Assembly (NCBI GenBank): GCA_963719495.1
Contig: CAVRCI010000014.1
Location: 32,001-96,000 of the forward strand
From: an uncultured Verrucomicrobiae bacterium
GTDB taxonomy: Bacteria > Verrucomicrobiota > Verrucomicrobiia > Chthoniobacterales > JAATET01
Direction: 5' to 3'
Length of the DNA stretch: 64,000 nt
The notes beneath the pieces were generated by a model that was not told the DNA's origin, made no database searches, and was given only the letters and a program-made list of their open reading frames with translations. Numbering within the stretch: position 1 is the stretch's first letter; each line of letters starts with the position of its first letter. Both the position numbers and the translations under genes were made by a program. Below are positions 19,491 through 29,577 of the stretch, one piece after another.

Positions 19491-19506
19491 ATGCATCCAA
19501 TTGCAC
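19491..19506 (+). promoter_or_regulatory. Candidate operator ATGCATCCAATTGCAC
   Basis: Member of a 16-bp motif recurring upstream of gene starts in this window (see findings). Confidence 0.6.
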
Positions 19507-19559
19507 CATTCTCGCGCTGACTGAATGAGGGAAGCGGGCAAGGGTGGCCGTTCTCTCTT

Positions 19560-22031
19560 ATGAAAATCCCCTTCCCCCGCCGTTTGGTCGGCTCCGTTTT
19601 TGCGTTCCTGCCTCTACTTTGCCTGCTGCCGGATGCGGTCGGTCAGGAGCCCGCGCCGGGCGCGCCCGTCGTCGAGCGGGTGAGCACGATCTCGCCAGAT
19701 CTCCTTGCAATCGAAATCATCGACGGGGAGCGGCGCCAGTTTCCCGGCGAGCCCTACGTGGCGCAGCCGGATGACGAGATCAAATACGAGGGCGAGGAAG
19801 TCCTTGTCCTGGAAGAGGGCGAGATGAAGACGCGGGGGATCAACCGCCAGCTCTACCGCCGGGTCGATGGTCGCAAGCAGTTGGTCGGCTATATCGTCGG
19901 CGGGCGGGACGGGGAGCCGCAGTTTCAGCCCAGCGAGCAGCGGGTGGGCGAGCCGCTCGACGTCGGTGCGGCCGAGGAAAAGAAGTCCTACCGGGTCGCC
20001 GGCAAGACGCCAGCGGAGGTCCATCGCAAGACGAAGCCGATCGACCGGCTGCAGCCGAACAACGAGCAGATCTTCCGCCACGTGATTTACCTGAAGCTGG
20101 CGGAGCCGCTGACGGAGGGCGAGACGGTGAAGATCGATTTTCCGGGACTGGCGCTCGACCAGCCGACGATGAATTTCACCTACGACTCGAAGAAGGTGCG
20201 GAGCGAGGCGATCCACGCAAGCCTGCTGGGATACCGTCCGGACGATCCGTTCAAGCGCGCCTACCTCAGCATCTGGCTCGGGACCGGCGGGGCGTATTCG
20301 TTCGACGGTGTCGACAAGTTCGAGCTGCTGGACGCCGCGACCGGCGAGGCGGTTTTCGAGGGGAAGGTCGAGGAATTGATGGCCGCCGACGGGACGGAGA
20401 AGCTGCGGTTGGAGAAAAACTATTCGATGACGGCGGTTTACGGACTGGATTTTTCGGAGTTCGATCAGCCGGGCGAGCATCTCGTGCACGTGCCGGGGGT
20501 GGGGGTTTCGGACCCGGTGCGGATCGCGGACGACGTGTGGACGGAGGCATTCAAGGTCTCGATGCGCGGTCTGCTGCATAACCGCAGTGGGATTCACCTG
20601 GAGAAGCCGTGGTCGGAATTTGACCGTCCCCGGGACTTCCACCCGGACGACGGGGTCAAGGTCTTTCAGTCGAAGGTTGGTTTCGAGGAGGGAAATTTTT
20701 TCTCGGGCGATAGCTGGTTCAAGTTGCTGACGGATACGCGAACCGACGAGGTGGTGCCCGACGCCTGGGGCGGCTACCACGACGCCGCGGACTTCGACCG
20801 CTACTCGCGGCACATCATCATCCCCTACCTCAACCTCGAACTCTACGAGATGTTCCCCGAGACCGTCGGCGGGATCAAACTGGCGCTGCCTCCGGACGAA
20901 GCCGGCGACAACGTGCCGGACATTCTCAACGAGGCCCAATGGGGACTCGCAGTCTGGAAACGCCTTCAGACGGAGGACGGCGGCATCCGCACCGGAATCG
21001 AATCATCCGCGCACCCGCGTCCGGCCGAGACGAGTTGGGAGGATTCCCTCGTGCTCATGGCCTACCACCCGGAGCCGTCTGGCACCTGGCTCTACGCCGG
21101 GACGGCGGCGAAATACGCCCGCGCGATCAAGCCCTTCGACGAAGCCCAGGCCAACGACTACGCCGACAGCGCGGAGCGGGCGTTCACGTGGGCGGAGTCG
21201 AACATCGGGCCGTTCATGAAATCGGATCCGAAATTCAACGATGGTTTCGAAGCTCTGCAGCGGAAGCCGCGCGCGTTGGCGGCCGTTGAACTCTATGCGC
21301 TCACGAACGACGAAAAGTATCACGAGATCTTCAAGGAGGCGTCGGGGATTACTGGCGGCCAGGTCCCCGACGGGGACGAGATGCACGCCGCGCTCTTCAC
21401 CTACGCGAACCTGCCGGACGAGTTGGGCGATGAGAAATTCAAGGCTAAGGCGACGAAATTGCTCACCAACAGCGCGGATCGCGCGTTGCGCTTTGCCGAG
21501 GGGAATTCGTTTGGTCTCACGACACCCTACCCCGGACTCCCGGAGATGGGGCCGGTCGGTTACTTCAGCACGCCGGAGATGACGACGCGCGTGCTACCGC
21601 GCGCGCACTACCTCACCCACAAGGAAAAATACCTGGCGGGCGCGGTCCGGGCGGCCAACTTCTCGCTTGGGGCCAACCCCGACAACATGACGTTCACCAC
21701 GGGCGTGGGTCAACGCCACCCCGAAAATCCGATGCACTTCGACTCGCGTTGGAGTCAGCAGCCAGCCCCGTCGGGAATCACGATTTACGGCCAGTCCGAT
21801 CCCGCCCGGAACGACAAGTTCAACGCCTGGGTGCACAAGTTCTTCCTGAAAAAGATGGTGCCTGAGAGCCTGGAATGGCCCGCCACCGAAGCGCACGTCG
21901 ACGACTTCATGTGGCCGATGATGAGCGAGTTCACCGTCTGGCAAAACATCGCGCCGACGTCGTATTACTGGGGCTACCTCGCCGCTCGCGAGGCGGAGAA
22001 CAAGAAGCCCGAAGAGCCGAAGAGCGAGTGA
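19560..22031 (+). CDS. Secreted glycoside hydrolase family 9 with Ig-like domain
   Basis: Signal peptide; WGGYHDAADFD; LGANPDNMTFTTGVG..HP; SEFTVWQ. Confidence 0.88.
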   Translation: MKIPFPRRLVGSVFAFLPLLCLLPDAVGQEPAPGAPVVERVSTISPDLLAIEIIDGERRQFPGEPYVAQPDDEIKYEGEEVLVLEEGEMKTRGINRQLYRRVDGRKQLVGYIVGGRDGEPQFQPSEQRVGEPLDVGAAEEKKSYRVAGKTPAEVHRKTKPIDRLQPNNEQIFRHVIYLKLAEPLTEGETVKIDFPGLALDQPTMNFTYDSKKVRSEAIHASLLGYRPDDPFKRAYLSIWLGTGGAYSFDGVDKFELLDAATGEAVFEGKVEELMAADGTEKLRLEKNYSMTAVYGLDFSEFDQPGEHLVHVPGVGVSDPVRIADDVWTEAFKVSMRGLLHNRSGIHLEKPWSEFDRPRDFHPDDGVKVFQSKVGFEEGNFFSGDSWFKLLTDTRTDEVVPDAWGGYHDAADFDRYSRHIIIPYLNLELYEMFPETVGGIKLALPPDEAGDNVPDILNEAQWGLAVWKRLQTEDGGIRTGIESSAHPRPAETSWEDSLVLMAYHPEPSGTWLYAGTAAKYARAIKPFDEAQANDYADSAERAFTWAESNIGPFMKSDPKFNDGFEALQRKPRALAAVELYALTNDEKYHEIFKEASGITGGQVPDGDEMHAALFTYANLPDELGDEKFKAKATKLLTNSADRALRFAEGNSFGLTTPYPGLPEMGPVGYFSTPEMTTRVLPRAHYLTHKEKYLAGAVRAANFSLGANPDNMTFTTGVGQRHPENPMHFDSRWSQQPAPSGITIYGQSDPARNDKFNAWVHKFFLKKMVPESLEWPATEAHVDDFMWPMMSEFTVWQNIAPTSYYWGYLAAREAENKKPEEPKSE

Positions 22032-22063
22032 ACCGAGCGGCTTGGTCCGCGACGGCTCCAGTG

Positions 22064-22222
22064 GGGTGTGATTGCGAAAAAGGTCAAAGGGGCGAGACGA
22101 AGAAAATGGCACCGCGGCGATTGAGGACGGCCGGCGCGGCGCGACCAGCCCCACCCAATAGGGTAGGGAACGTCGCGCCGCGCGTTCCCTCGCCCTCTCT
22201 GCCCACTTTCGCAATCGCGCCC
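22064..22222. mobile_element. 159-bp MITE-like element carrying a REP-like doublet (copy 1)
   Basis: 14/16 inverted repeats GGGTGTGATTGCGAAA / TTTCGCAATCGCGCCC; 8/9 direct repeat GCTCCA(G/C)TG; second copy at 46327. Confidence 0.75.
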
Positions 22223-22253
22223 GCTCCACTGGTCGACGGACGAGCGGGTAACC

Positions 22254-22269
22254 GTGCAACGAATAGCAC
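22254..22269 (+). promoter_or_regulatory. Candidate operator GTGCAACGAATAGCAC
   Basis: Same recurring motif, 74 bp upstream of the PEP-CTERM gene. Confidence 0.55.
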
Positions 22270-22343
22270 CGATATTTAGTGGCTTTGGGTTTCGCTTCGC
22301 GAGAGGATCATTTCACCCCTCATAACCCTCAAATCCCCCCAAA

Positions 22344-23075
22344 ATGAAAACCCTCGGAAACCCATCATCCCTCGCCCTCGTTTTATCCGCCAAATCGGTC
22401 GGACGTTTCATGATCCTGTCGGCCTGCTTGCTCGCTGCTGCGACCGTCGAAGCCGGACCCGTGATCATCGATTTTGGGACCGATCCGGGCAAGGTTTCCG
22501 CTCCGGCGGACGCGTTCGACTACCCCTTTGGCGACGTCACTTCGACCCGCTCATTCTCCGCCGACGCTTACAACGTGAGCGGGAGCTTTCCGGCGACCTT
22601 CAATGTCGCCGGGGTCGGGGTTGGCGGCGACTTCAACAACAAATCGCTGATCGGCGACGTCCCATTTCCCGCCGTTAGCCTCACGGAATTCCTCACCCTC
22701 GAAGGTCAGTCCAGCACTCCGACGATCTCGCTGTTCGCATTTCGCGTGATTCTGCTGGCGGTCGGCGGGGCCACCAGTGAGTGGGAATTCGTCTCCTCCG
22801 GCCAGATGCCCTTTGGCAGCAGCATCTCGAGCGTCCAGGCCACCACTGATCTGGCCAACCCCGTTGCGAGCAGTTCCGGCGGGTTCTTGTTTGGCGCGAG
22901 CACGCTCGATCAGATCCAGATCTTCGTGCAAAACTCAGATACCCCGGCGTCGTTCGCCTACAGCATCGACAACATCTCGATCACGGCGGTGCCGGAGGCG
23001 TCCACGCTGGCTTGTCTCGGGATTGCGCTGGTCGTCGTGGCTGGTTTCCGGCTGCGCCGGGTTCGCCAGAGCTAA
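22344..23075 (+). CDS. PEP-CTERM sorting-domain protein
   Basis: Signal peptide; C-terminal IDNISITAVPEAST + hydrophobic helix + RLRR. Confidence 0.9.
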   Translation: MKTLGNPSSLALVLSAKSVGRFMILSACLLAAATVEAGPVIIDFGTDPGKVSAPADAFDYPFGDVTSTRSFSADAYNVSGSFPATFNVAGVGVGGDFNNKSLIGDVPFPAVSLTEFLTLEGQSSTPTISLFAFRVILLAVGGATSEWEFVSSGQMPFGSSISSVQATTDLANPVASSSGGFLFGASTLDQIQIFVQNSDTPASFAYSIDNISITAVPEASTLACLGIALVVVAGFRLRRVRQS

Positions 23076-23294
23076 GGCATACGAAGCGCGCGGTGGGAGA
23101 AAGTGCGCTGTCTCTTTTCACCGAATGGATGAGAGCGTTCGCGCATTTGCGTTGATCAATGGGGCCAAGCGCTCGTCGAGGATGGGACCGTCCCTTTCGA
23201 CGGGGCGGGCGATGTTTCGCGTCGCGTCGTTGCGGCTGCGCTAGTATTGATTTGCGGAAGGTTCCCGCCCGTTCGCTCCCTTTCCATCCCTTCC

Positions 23295-24326
23295 ATGTCC
23301 GACAGAAATCCCAAGCGACCGATCACGATGCGAGATATCGCGACCGATCTCGGGGTCGCCCAATCAACCGTCTCGCGAGCGCTGAGCAGTGATCCGCGCA
23401 TCTCCGAACCGATGCGGGTGAAGGTGAAGGCGGCGGCTGAGCGCCTGGGATATCGACCGAATCCGTTCGTGGCCGCGTTCACGGCGCAGGTGCGATCCTA
23501 CCGGCACTCGCCGGAGGGGGCGACCATCGCTATTCTCCACTGTGGTCCGCGGGATGAGAAGGACGCGGATCTTTACACGACGGGAGCCCGGGAACGCGCG
23601 GAGGCACTTGGATTCGGCGTCGAAGTCTTCTGGTTCGAGGATTTGGCGAGGTCGGAGCAGACGTTGAAGCGGATGTTGTGGACGCGTTCGATTCCAGGGT
23701 TGCTGATTCTCCCGGTGCCGAGCGGTTTCGATTTCTCCGGGATGCCGCTGGACCATCTCGCGATCTCCACCGTTGATCCGAGTCTACAGCGACCGATGCT
23801 CCATCGGGCGACGCCGGATTACTTTCAGGCCATGCGGCTGACCTTGGGCACGCTCGTCGAGCGGGGATACCAGCGGATTGCGGTTTGCACGTTCCCGCAG
23901 GAGATGGATCGCATCGGAGCGCGCTGGGTGGGGGCGCAACTCTACTGGCAGTTTCGGCACAAGCTGCCGAGGATCGACCCTCACGTCGTGGATCCGAAGT
24001 GGGATCGGGGCCGGTTTGAAAAATGGTTCGCTCGCGCCCGACCGGAGGTGCTCGTGTCGAATCTCCCCATCATCCACCGCTGGCTGTCGGAGATGGGTCT
24101 GAAGTTGCCGAAGGACGTCGGGTTCGTCGGACTCTACCCGCGTCACGAGGGCGATCTGGACATGGCCAGGATCGATCAGCGCACGAACGAGGTGGCCGCG
24201 GCCGCCATCGATCTCATCGTGGGCCAGATTCATCGTAACGAATACGGACAGCCGGACGTTGCGAAGTCGGTCTCCGTGCTGGCCAACTGGGTGGACGGAC
24301 CGACGATTCGAGCTTCGGCGGAGTAG
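23295..24326 (+). CDS. LacI-family transcriptional regulator
   Basis: TMRDIA..LGVAQSTVSRAL, LGYRPNP. Confidence 0.92.
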   Translation: MSDRNPKRPITMRDIATDLGVAQSTVSRALSSDPRISEPMRVKVKAAAERLGYRPNPFVAAFTAQVRSYRHSPEGATIAILHCGPRDEKDADLYTTGARERAEALGFGVEVFWFEDLARSEQTLKRMLWTRSIPGLLILPVPSGFDFSGMPLDHLAISTVDPSLQRPMLHRATPDYFQAMRLTLGTLVERGYQRIAVCTFPQEMDRIGARWVGAQLYWQFRHKLPRIDPHVVDPKWDRGRFEKWFARARPEVLVSNLPIIHRWLSEMGLKLPKDVGFVGLYPRHEGDLDMARIDQRTNEVAAAAIDLIVGQIHRNEYGQPDVAKSVSVLANWVDGPTIRASAE

Positions 24327-24347
24327 CTCGGGCGGCTCGGGGTGCCG

Positions 24348-26195
24348 TCAGAGCGAGATCCGGCAGGACCCGGCGGGGGTGTCGAGAGTCAGCGAAGTCT
24401 CGCCGAGTGGCAGCGATCCCCAGCGCGTCGCGATGCGGGCACCGAGTGTGTTCACGGGGAGACCACCGATGGTGGGTCCCCGCGAATGGGTCACGCCGAC
24501 GCGGTCGCTCTCGCCAAGAACGACCGCCGAGAGTTCTTCGTCGTTCCACGCCGGGGCGCATTGCCGGGCTGCGTTTTGAAAGGCGGAGAATGACGCATCG
24601 GTCGTTGGATCGCCGATGACGGCGAAGATCGCGCACCGGGGAGCGTCGATCACGGCTTCGCATCCGGCCCAGAAACCAGTCGAGGTGAAGGTCGGCGGCG
24701 AGGAGCACCAGATGGCCCCGTATCCCGAGCCGTGTTGCAGGAAGATCCAGTGATCGGAGGTGATGACCTCATCGAAGGCTGGCTTCGGCAGAAACAAGTG
24801 GACCCACGGCAGCGGGTCGTTCGGTGGAACGTCGTAGATCAGAAAGGCCGCACGCCCGCGCCCGTAGCCGCGCGGATGGTGGGCGTTGCCCTGCCAGTAG
24901 CCGGGGCGGAGTTCGCCGGGGTGGCCCGGCGGCATGTTGGCGTGGCCCCAGAACCAAGGCGTCCCGTCGGCGCGGCGTGGCGCGGCATCGAGGCCCGGCG
25001 TGGAGTCGCGGTAATGAGCGAGGCCGTCGGTGAGGTTCTTGTGCTGGCGGCCCTGGTCGCGAAGGACCCAGGTGTGGGAGTTCTCCAGCGATGGGTGGTT
25101 GGAAAAGACGAGCGCGGATTCGCCGAGAGTCATCTGCCAGATTTGCTCCGAGTAGCCTCCCTCGCCGCCGGGGGTATTCGTGATCGAGAGCATGGCGTGG
25201 GGCAGTCGGTGATTGTGTTTGCCAATGTGGTCGTCGGGGTTCGTCTGATCCGTCCAGAGACCGACCCGGTGCGTGGTCCCGCTCTCGTCGGGAGCACCCG
25301 ACCGCGCGATCCAGGCGACGGGGGCCGGGGGGCGGTAAGCGCTGGTGGCGGCCTGGAGCACGCCGCCGATGAAGTTCAGGTTGAACGGTGCGTCGAGGTA
25401 TTCGAGACCGAACCAGAGGTAGTGCAGGGGGCGGGAGGGACTCTCCCGGAGATCCATCCGGTAGACGGAATACGATCGCCGCGCCGCGCCGGCCACGCTG
25501 CCGCGGAAGCTGTCCAGTGCCTCGTCGAGCGCGAAGAGGTCGAGCGCGGCGTGGGCGTGCGAGCGGATGCGCGGATCGTCGGAGAAATCGTAGAGGTTGA
25601 GCAGCGCGAGGAGATTTACGTTGTAGTAAATGTCCGCGCCCCACTCGCCGCTTCCGCGTCGCACCCAGTCGTCGATCCACGCGAGGATGCCGTCGCGGGA
25701 GGTCTCGCGTGATTCGGGCACTTCGGCGTGGGGCCACGTCTGGAGGGTGAGATGGTGGGCGGCGAGGTGGAGAAGATTGTGGTTCTCGGAGAGATCGCCG
25801 AAATGAAAGAGGAAGCCCCGCGCCGTGGCGGCGATGCGTTCCCAGACCGGGTCACCGGGAAGGTGCTTCTCGCGGTAGAGGAACCACGCCCGGATCAACG
25901 GATGGAGGGCGAAGTCGGCGAGGTGCCACTTGTCCTCCGGATTGGCGCGTTCCCCGGCGAGGTTTTCATCGATCATGTCGAGCGTCCCATTCAGGAGGTC
26001 GCGCCCCCGCGTGAGGTCCTCGCCAAAAGCGAAAAACGCCAGGCCGTGAACGTCGAAACCGCTGTAAGGACCCCATTGGGTCGTCAGATCGCGGGCGGAA
26101 CCTTCCGACGCGACGAAGTGCAGGAAGGCGTCCGCTCGGTCGCAGAACGCGTCGTTTGAATTGGCGGGAGGTGGGATGGTTGGCGGCGGGTTCAC
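24348..26195 (-). CDS. Conserved hypothetical protein (possibly lyase-like helical fold)
   Basis: Long ORF with SENH, G.GEW..Y, LLNLYDF and PGYWQGN motifs. Start (GTG) inferred; function uncertain. Confidence 0.6.
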   Translation of the reverse strand: MNPPPTIPPPANSNDAFCDRADAFLHFVASEGSARDLTTQWGPYSGFDVHGLAFFAFGEDLTRGRDLLNGTLDMIDENLAGERANPEDKWHLADFALHPLIRAWFLYREKHLPGDPVWERIAATARGFLFHFGDLSENHNLLHLAAHHLTLQTWPHAEVPESRETSRDGILAWIDDWVRRGSGEWGADIYYNVNLLALLNLYDFSDDPRIRSHAHAALDLFALDEALDSFRGSVAGAARRSYSVYRMDLRESPSRPLHYLWFGLEYLDAPFNLNFIGGVLQAATSAYRPPAPVAWIARSGAPDESGTTHRVGLWTDQTNPDDHIGKHNHRLPHAMLSITNTPGGEGGYSEQIWQMTLGESALVFSNHPSLENSHTWVLRDQGRQHKNLTDGLAHYRDSTPGLDAAPRRADGTPWFWGHANMPPGHPGELRPGYWQGNAHHPRGYGRGRAAFLIYDVPPNDPLPWVHLFLPKPAFDEVITSDHWIFLQHGSGYGAIWCSSPPTFTSTGFWAGCEAVIDAPRCAIFAVIGDPTTDASFSAFQNAARQCAPAWNDEELSAVVLGESDRVGVTHSRGPTIGGLPVNTLGARIATRWGSLPLGETSLTLDTPAGSCRISL

Positions 26196-26279
26196 GGGGA
26201 GTGGAAACGTGGAGAATACTGGAAGCCTCCGGATTCGGAGCATCCCGCGTGGTGCAATTCGATGTTCAGCGTTGCGAGC

Positions 26280-26295
26280 GCGCATCCAAATGCAC
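26280..26295 (+). promoter_or_regulatory. Candidate operator GCGCATCCAAATGCAC
   Basis: Recurring motif in a divergent promoter region. Confidence 0.55.
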
Positions 26296-26356
26296 GCCGC
26301 CGCTCTCGGGTTATCCCGCCCGTGGGGCGAGCGTCCTCGTTCCTCCTTGAATATCC

Positions 26357-27874
26357 ATGAGCACTCTGACCATTGAAAATCCCCTCGACCTCATCTCCCC
26401 AGCTACCCGCGATTTCCTCTCCGGGACAAAACTGAACGTCATCGACGGCAAGGCCCGGCCCGCCGCATCGGGGCGGACGTTTGACAGTTACGACCCGGCG
26501 ACGGGCGACGTGCTGGCCACGGTCGCCGAGGGTGGCGCGGAGGACATCGACCAGGCGGTGGCGGCTGCACGGCGGGCGTTCGACGACGGTCCGTGGCGAC
26601 GAATGACGCCGTCGGAGCGGGGGCGGATCATTTGGAAACTCGGCGATCTGATTTTGGAAAACCTCCAGCAGCTCGCCGAGCTCGACTCTTTGGACAACGG
26701 CAAACCCCTGGCCGTGGCCAAGGTCGCGGACGTGCCCCTCGCGGCGGATCTCTTTCATTACATGGCCGGCTGGGCCACGAAGATCGAGGGTCAGTCGATC
26801 TCCATCTCGGTGCCCTACGCGCCCGGGGCGAAATTTCACGTCTACACGACGCGCGATCCGATCGGGGTGGTGGGTCAGATCATTCCGTGGAATTTCCCGC
26901 TCCTGATGGCCGCGTGGAAACTCGGCCCCGCGCTGGCCACCGGCAATACCGTCGTGCTGAAGCCCGCCGAGCAGACGCCCTTGTCGGCGATCCGGCTGGC
27001 CGAGCTCGCGCTCGAAGCCGGTCTGCCGCCCGGCGTGCTCAACGTCGTCAATGGTCTGGGCGAGACCGCCGGAGCGGCGCTGGCTTCCCACGACGGCGTG
27101 GACAAGGTCGCGTTCACCGGCTCGACGGAGGTTGGAAAAATGATCGTCAAGGCGGCGGTGGGCAACCTCAAGAAAGTGACGCTCGAGCTGGGCGGAAAAT
27201 CGCCGACGATCGTCTTCAAGGACGTCGCCGACATCGAGTCGGCGGTCGCGGGGGCGGCGAACGCGATTTTCTTCAATCACGGGCAATGCTGCGCCGCCGG
27301 CTCGCGATTGCTCGTCGAGAAGGACATCTTCGACGACGTCGTCGAAGGCGTGGCCCGGCTCGCCGCGGACATCAAGCTCGGCGCGGGAGTGAGCGAAGGC
27401 ACCGAGATGGGGCCGCTGGTTTCCAAGGAGCAACTCGAGCGCGTCTCCGGCTTCATCGAGTCGGGACAGCGGGAAGGTGCGACCGCCGTGGCTGGCGGCT
27501 GCCGCGTCGGGGATCGGGGCTACTTCGTCGCGCCGACGGTCTTCACCAACGTCGGTCCCGACATGGAAATCGTGCGGGAGGAGATCTTCGGCCCCGTCGT
27601 GGTCGCCGAACCCTTCGACGACGTGGCGGACATCGTCCGGCGGGCGAACGACACGCCCTACGGACTCGCGTCGAGCGTCTGGACCCGCGACATCGGCAAG
27701 GCGCACCGCACCGCGGCGGAGCTCCGCGCCGGGACGGTGTGGGTGAATTGCCACAACGTCTTCGACGCCGCGATGCCGTTCGGCGGATTCAAACAATCCG
27801 GCTGGGGCCGCGAGATGGGCAAGGAAGCGCTCGATCTCTACACCGAGACGAAGTCCGTCTGCGTCGCGCTCTGA
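26357..27874 (+). CDS. NAD(P)-dependent aldehyde dehydrogenase
   Basis: [37 protein letters not shown]. Confidence 0.96.
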   Translation: MSTLTIENPLDLISPATRDFLSGTKLNVIDGKARPAASGRTFDSYDPATGDVLATVAEGGAEDIDQAVAAARRAFDDGPWRRMTPSERGRIIWKLGDLILENLQQLAELDSLDNGKPLAVAKVADVPLAADLFHYMAGWATKIEGQSISISVPYAPGAKFHVYTTRDPIGVVGQIIPWNFPLLMAAWKLGPALATGNTVVLKPAEQTPLSAIRLAELALEAGLPPGVLNVVNGLGETAGAALASHDGVDKVAFTGSTEVGKMIVKAAVGNLKKVTLELGGKSPTIVFKDVADIESAVAGAANAIFFNHGQCCAAGSRLLVEKDIFDDVVEGVARLAADIKLGAGVSEGTEMGPLVSKEQLERVSGFIESGQREGATAVAGGCRVGDRGYFVAPTVFTNVGPDMEIVREEIFGPVVVAEPFDDVADIVRRANDTPYGLASSVWTRDIGKAHRTAAELRAGTVWVNCHNVFDAAMPFGGFKQSGWGREMGKEALDLYTETKSVCVAL

Positions 27875-27882
27875 GCCCGGCG

Positions 27883-29577
27883 TCAGTCGCCGCCGTCAGC
27901 CGCCAGCGCGATCTCGAGGACCGAGATCGAGGCGGGCGGGAGGACGATCGGTTCGTCGGTGGCGATTTCCGAGGAAGACTCCTCGAAGACCGCGGTGGGT
28001 CCGCGGTCGGCTGACTTGAGAAACGGGTCACCGACGAGAGTCCGCAGGGTCGCCGTCGAGCCAACCGTCTCGAACGCCGACAAATCGAGCCGCACCGCGC
28101 TGGCCTCGCGGAGCCTGCGGTGGATGACGTGGACGTAGAGACGTTCGTCGTCGCGGGTGGCGACGGCATCGATCAAGGCCCCCTGGGGGGTGGGTGGATG
28201 ATCGTCGGTTTCGATGGTCGGGATCGGCACGTTGGTGGTGGCGGTCACGAGGCGGCGGTCGCCGTGGTGGCGGCTGTAAAAGCCGGTCGCCTGGCCTTGC
28301 GGCAGCACGTAGGGCGGCGTCTCTCCGGTTGGGTCGACGCGGATCGCGGTGATGCCCCACGAGCTGCCGACCAGCATGGATTGCGTCGCGAGATCGATTT
28401 GGTCGCCGTTGCGCATGAGATTGTGCAGGAACGCGGCGCTCCCCAGACCGGAGGCGACGTCGAATTGGACGGTCGGAGCGGGATCGATCTCGCCGTGAAA
28501 CCAACCGTTCCAATTCCATTCCGTGCAGCCACCGCGGTAGCCGAGGGCGAGTGCGGCGGCGGCTTTTTTCGTCAAACCATCGGCCAATCCAGCGTCCGAA
28601 TACCGACCCGGCATCGTCGTCCACGCGGCCCACCATTCGTCGTCGGAAAGTTGCGCGGGCGGGACTTCGGCGTCCCCGATCCGGATGATGTCGGCCTGCC
28701 AGGGCGCGTAGATGTGGAACGTCGTCATCGCAACCTCGGCACGCACGACGGGGTCGCGCAGGTAGACCTCCTGGGCGTCGAAGACGCAGTCGTCGTCGAT
28801 GGCGATCGTGATGTCGGGATCGACGGCGCGGATCGCGCGGACGTATTCGCGCACGCACTCGGCGATCCAGGCGGCACGCTCCTCGTCCGAGAGATCCGGC
28901 AGCGCTTTCTCGATCAGTTCCTTCTTCGGTTTGTGCCATAGCTCGTTGCCGATCTGGACGGATTCCGCGCCGAAGGGTTCCGGATGGCCGTTCCGCGCGC
29001 GGACGGCCGGCCAATCGGTCATGCCCTCGGGGAGGTCCGCGCCCTGGGGGGTGTTTGCGTAGGCGACGAGGCCGGCGGCTTCGAGAGCGGCCTCGCGGAG
29101 CGGCTTGCGCCGCGCGGCGGCGTCGAGGAAATTGAGGACGAGCATGGTCTTGCAGTGCAGTTCGTCGCGGACGGCGAAGTATTCGTCGTAGCCGAACTGA
29201 TTGGTGATCGTGCCTCCTTTGTAACCCGTGGTGACGGGTCGCGTGTCGCCCGGCCGACCGGGGACGTTGTCGATCAGGTCGCGCCAGTCGATGTAGTCGA
29301 TGTCGGTCCCACCGGGGAAACGAATGAGCGGAATGTTCATCCGCTCGAGCTCGTGCATGACGGGAGCGGGGAGGTAGGGAGGCTCGTCGACGTAGGCGGA
29401 CTCGGGGCCGGGTTCGCCCCAGGTGGCCCGCTCGAGGAACTGACCGAATAGCTCGGGCGCCACGGGGTTCGCGACCTCGTCGGAGACGCGGATCGAGATG
29501 GGACCGGACTCGTCGGCCAGGCCGTGGGAGCCGAGAGCGAGAACGAGAAAAGCTGGGAGGAGTTGGGTGCGGATCAT
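27883..29577 (-). CDS. GH51-like alpha-L-arabinofuranosidase family protein, secreted
   Basis: Signal peptide; LFGQFLE, IRFPGG, QIGNE, TEWN. Confidence 0.8.
   Translation of the reverse strand: MIRTQLLPAFLVLALGSHGLADESGPISIRVSDEVANPVAPELFGQFLERATWGEPGPESAYVDEPPYLPAPVMHELERMNIPLIRFPGGTDIDYIDWRDLIDNVPGRPGDTRPVTTGYKGGTITNQFGYDEYFAVRDELHCKTMLVLNFLDAAARRKPLREAALEAAGLVAYANTPQGADLPEGMTDWPAVRARNGHPEPFGAESVQIGNELWHKPKKELIEKALPDLSDEERAAWIAECVREYVRAIRAVDPDITIAIDDDCVFDAQEVYLRDPVVRAEVAMTTFHIYAPWQADIIRIGDAEVPPAQLSDDEWWAAWTTMPGRYSDAGLADGLTKKAAAALALGYRGGCTEWNWNGWFHGEIDPAPTVQFDVASGLGSAAFLHNLMRNGDQIDLATQSMLVGSSWGITAIRVDPTGETPPYVLPQGQATGFYSRHHGDRRLVTATTNVPIPTIETDDHPPTPQGALIDAVATRDDERLYVHVIHRRLREASAVRLDLSAFETVGSTATLRTLVGDPFLKSADRGPTAVFEESSSEIATDEPIVLPPASISVLEIALAADGGD

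Noticed and set aside
19485..19510. Sigma-54 promoter reading of the TGCA..TTGCA motif
   Set aside because: The invariant GG at -24 is missing at this site; I did not score every copy.
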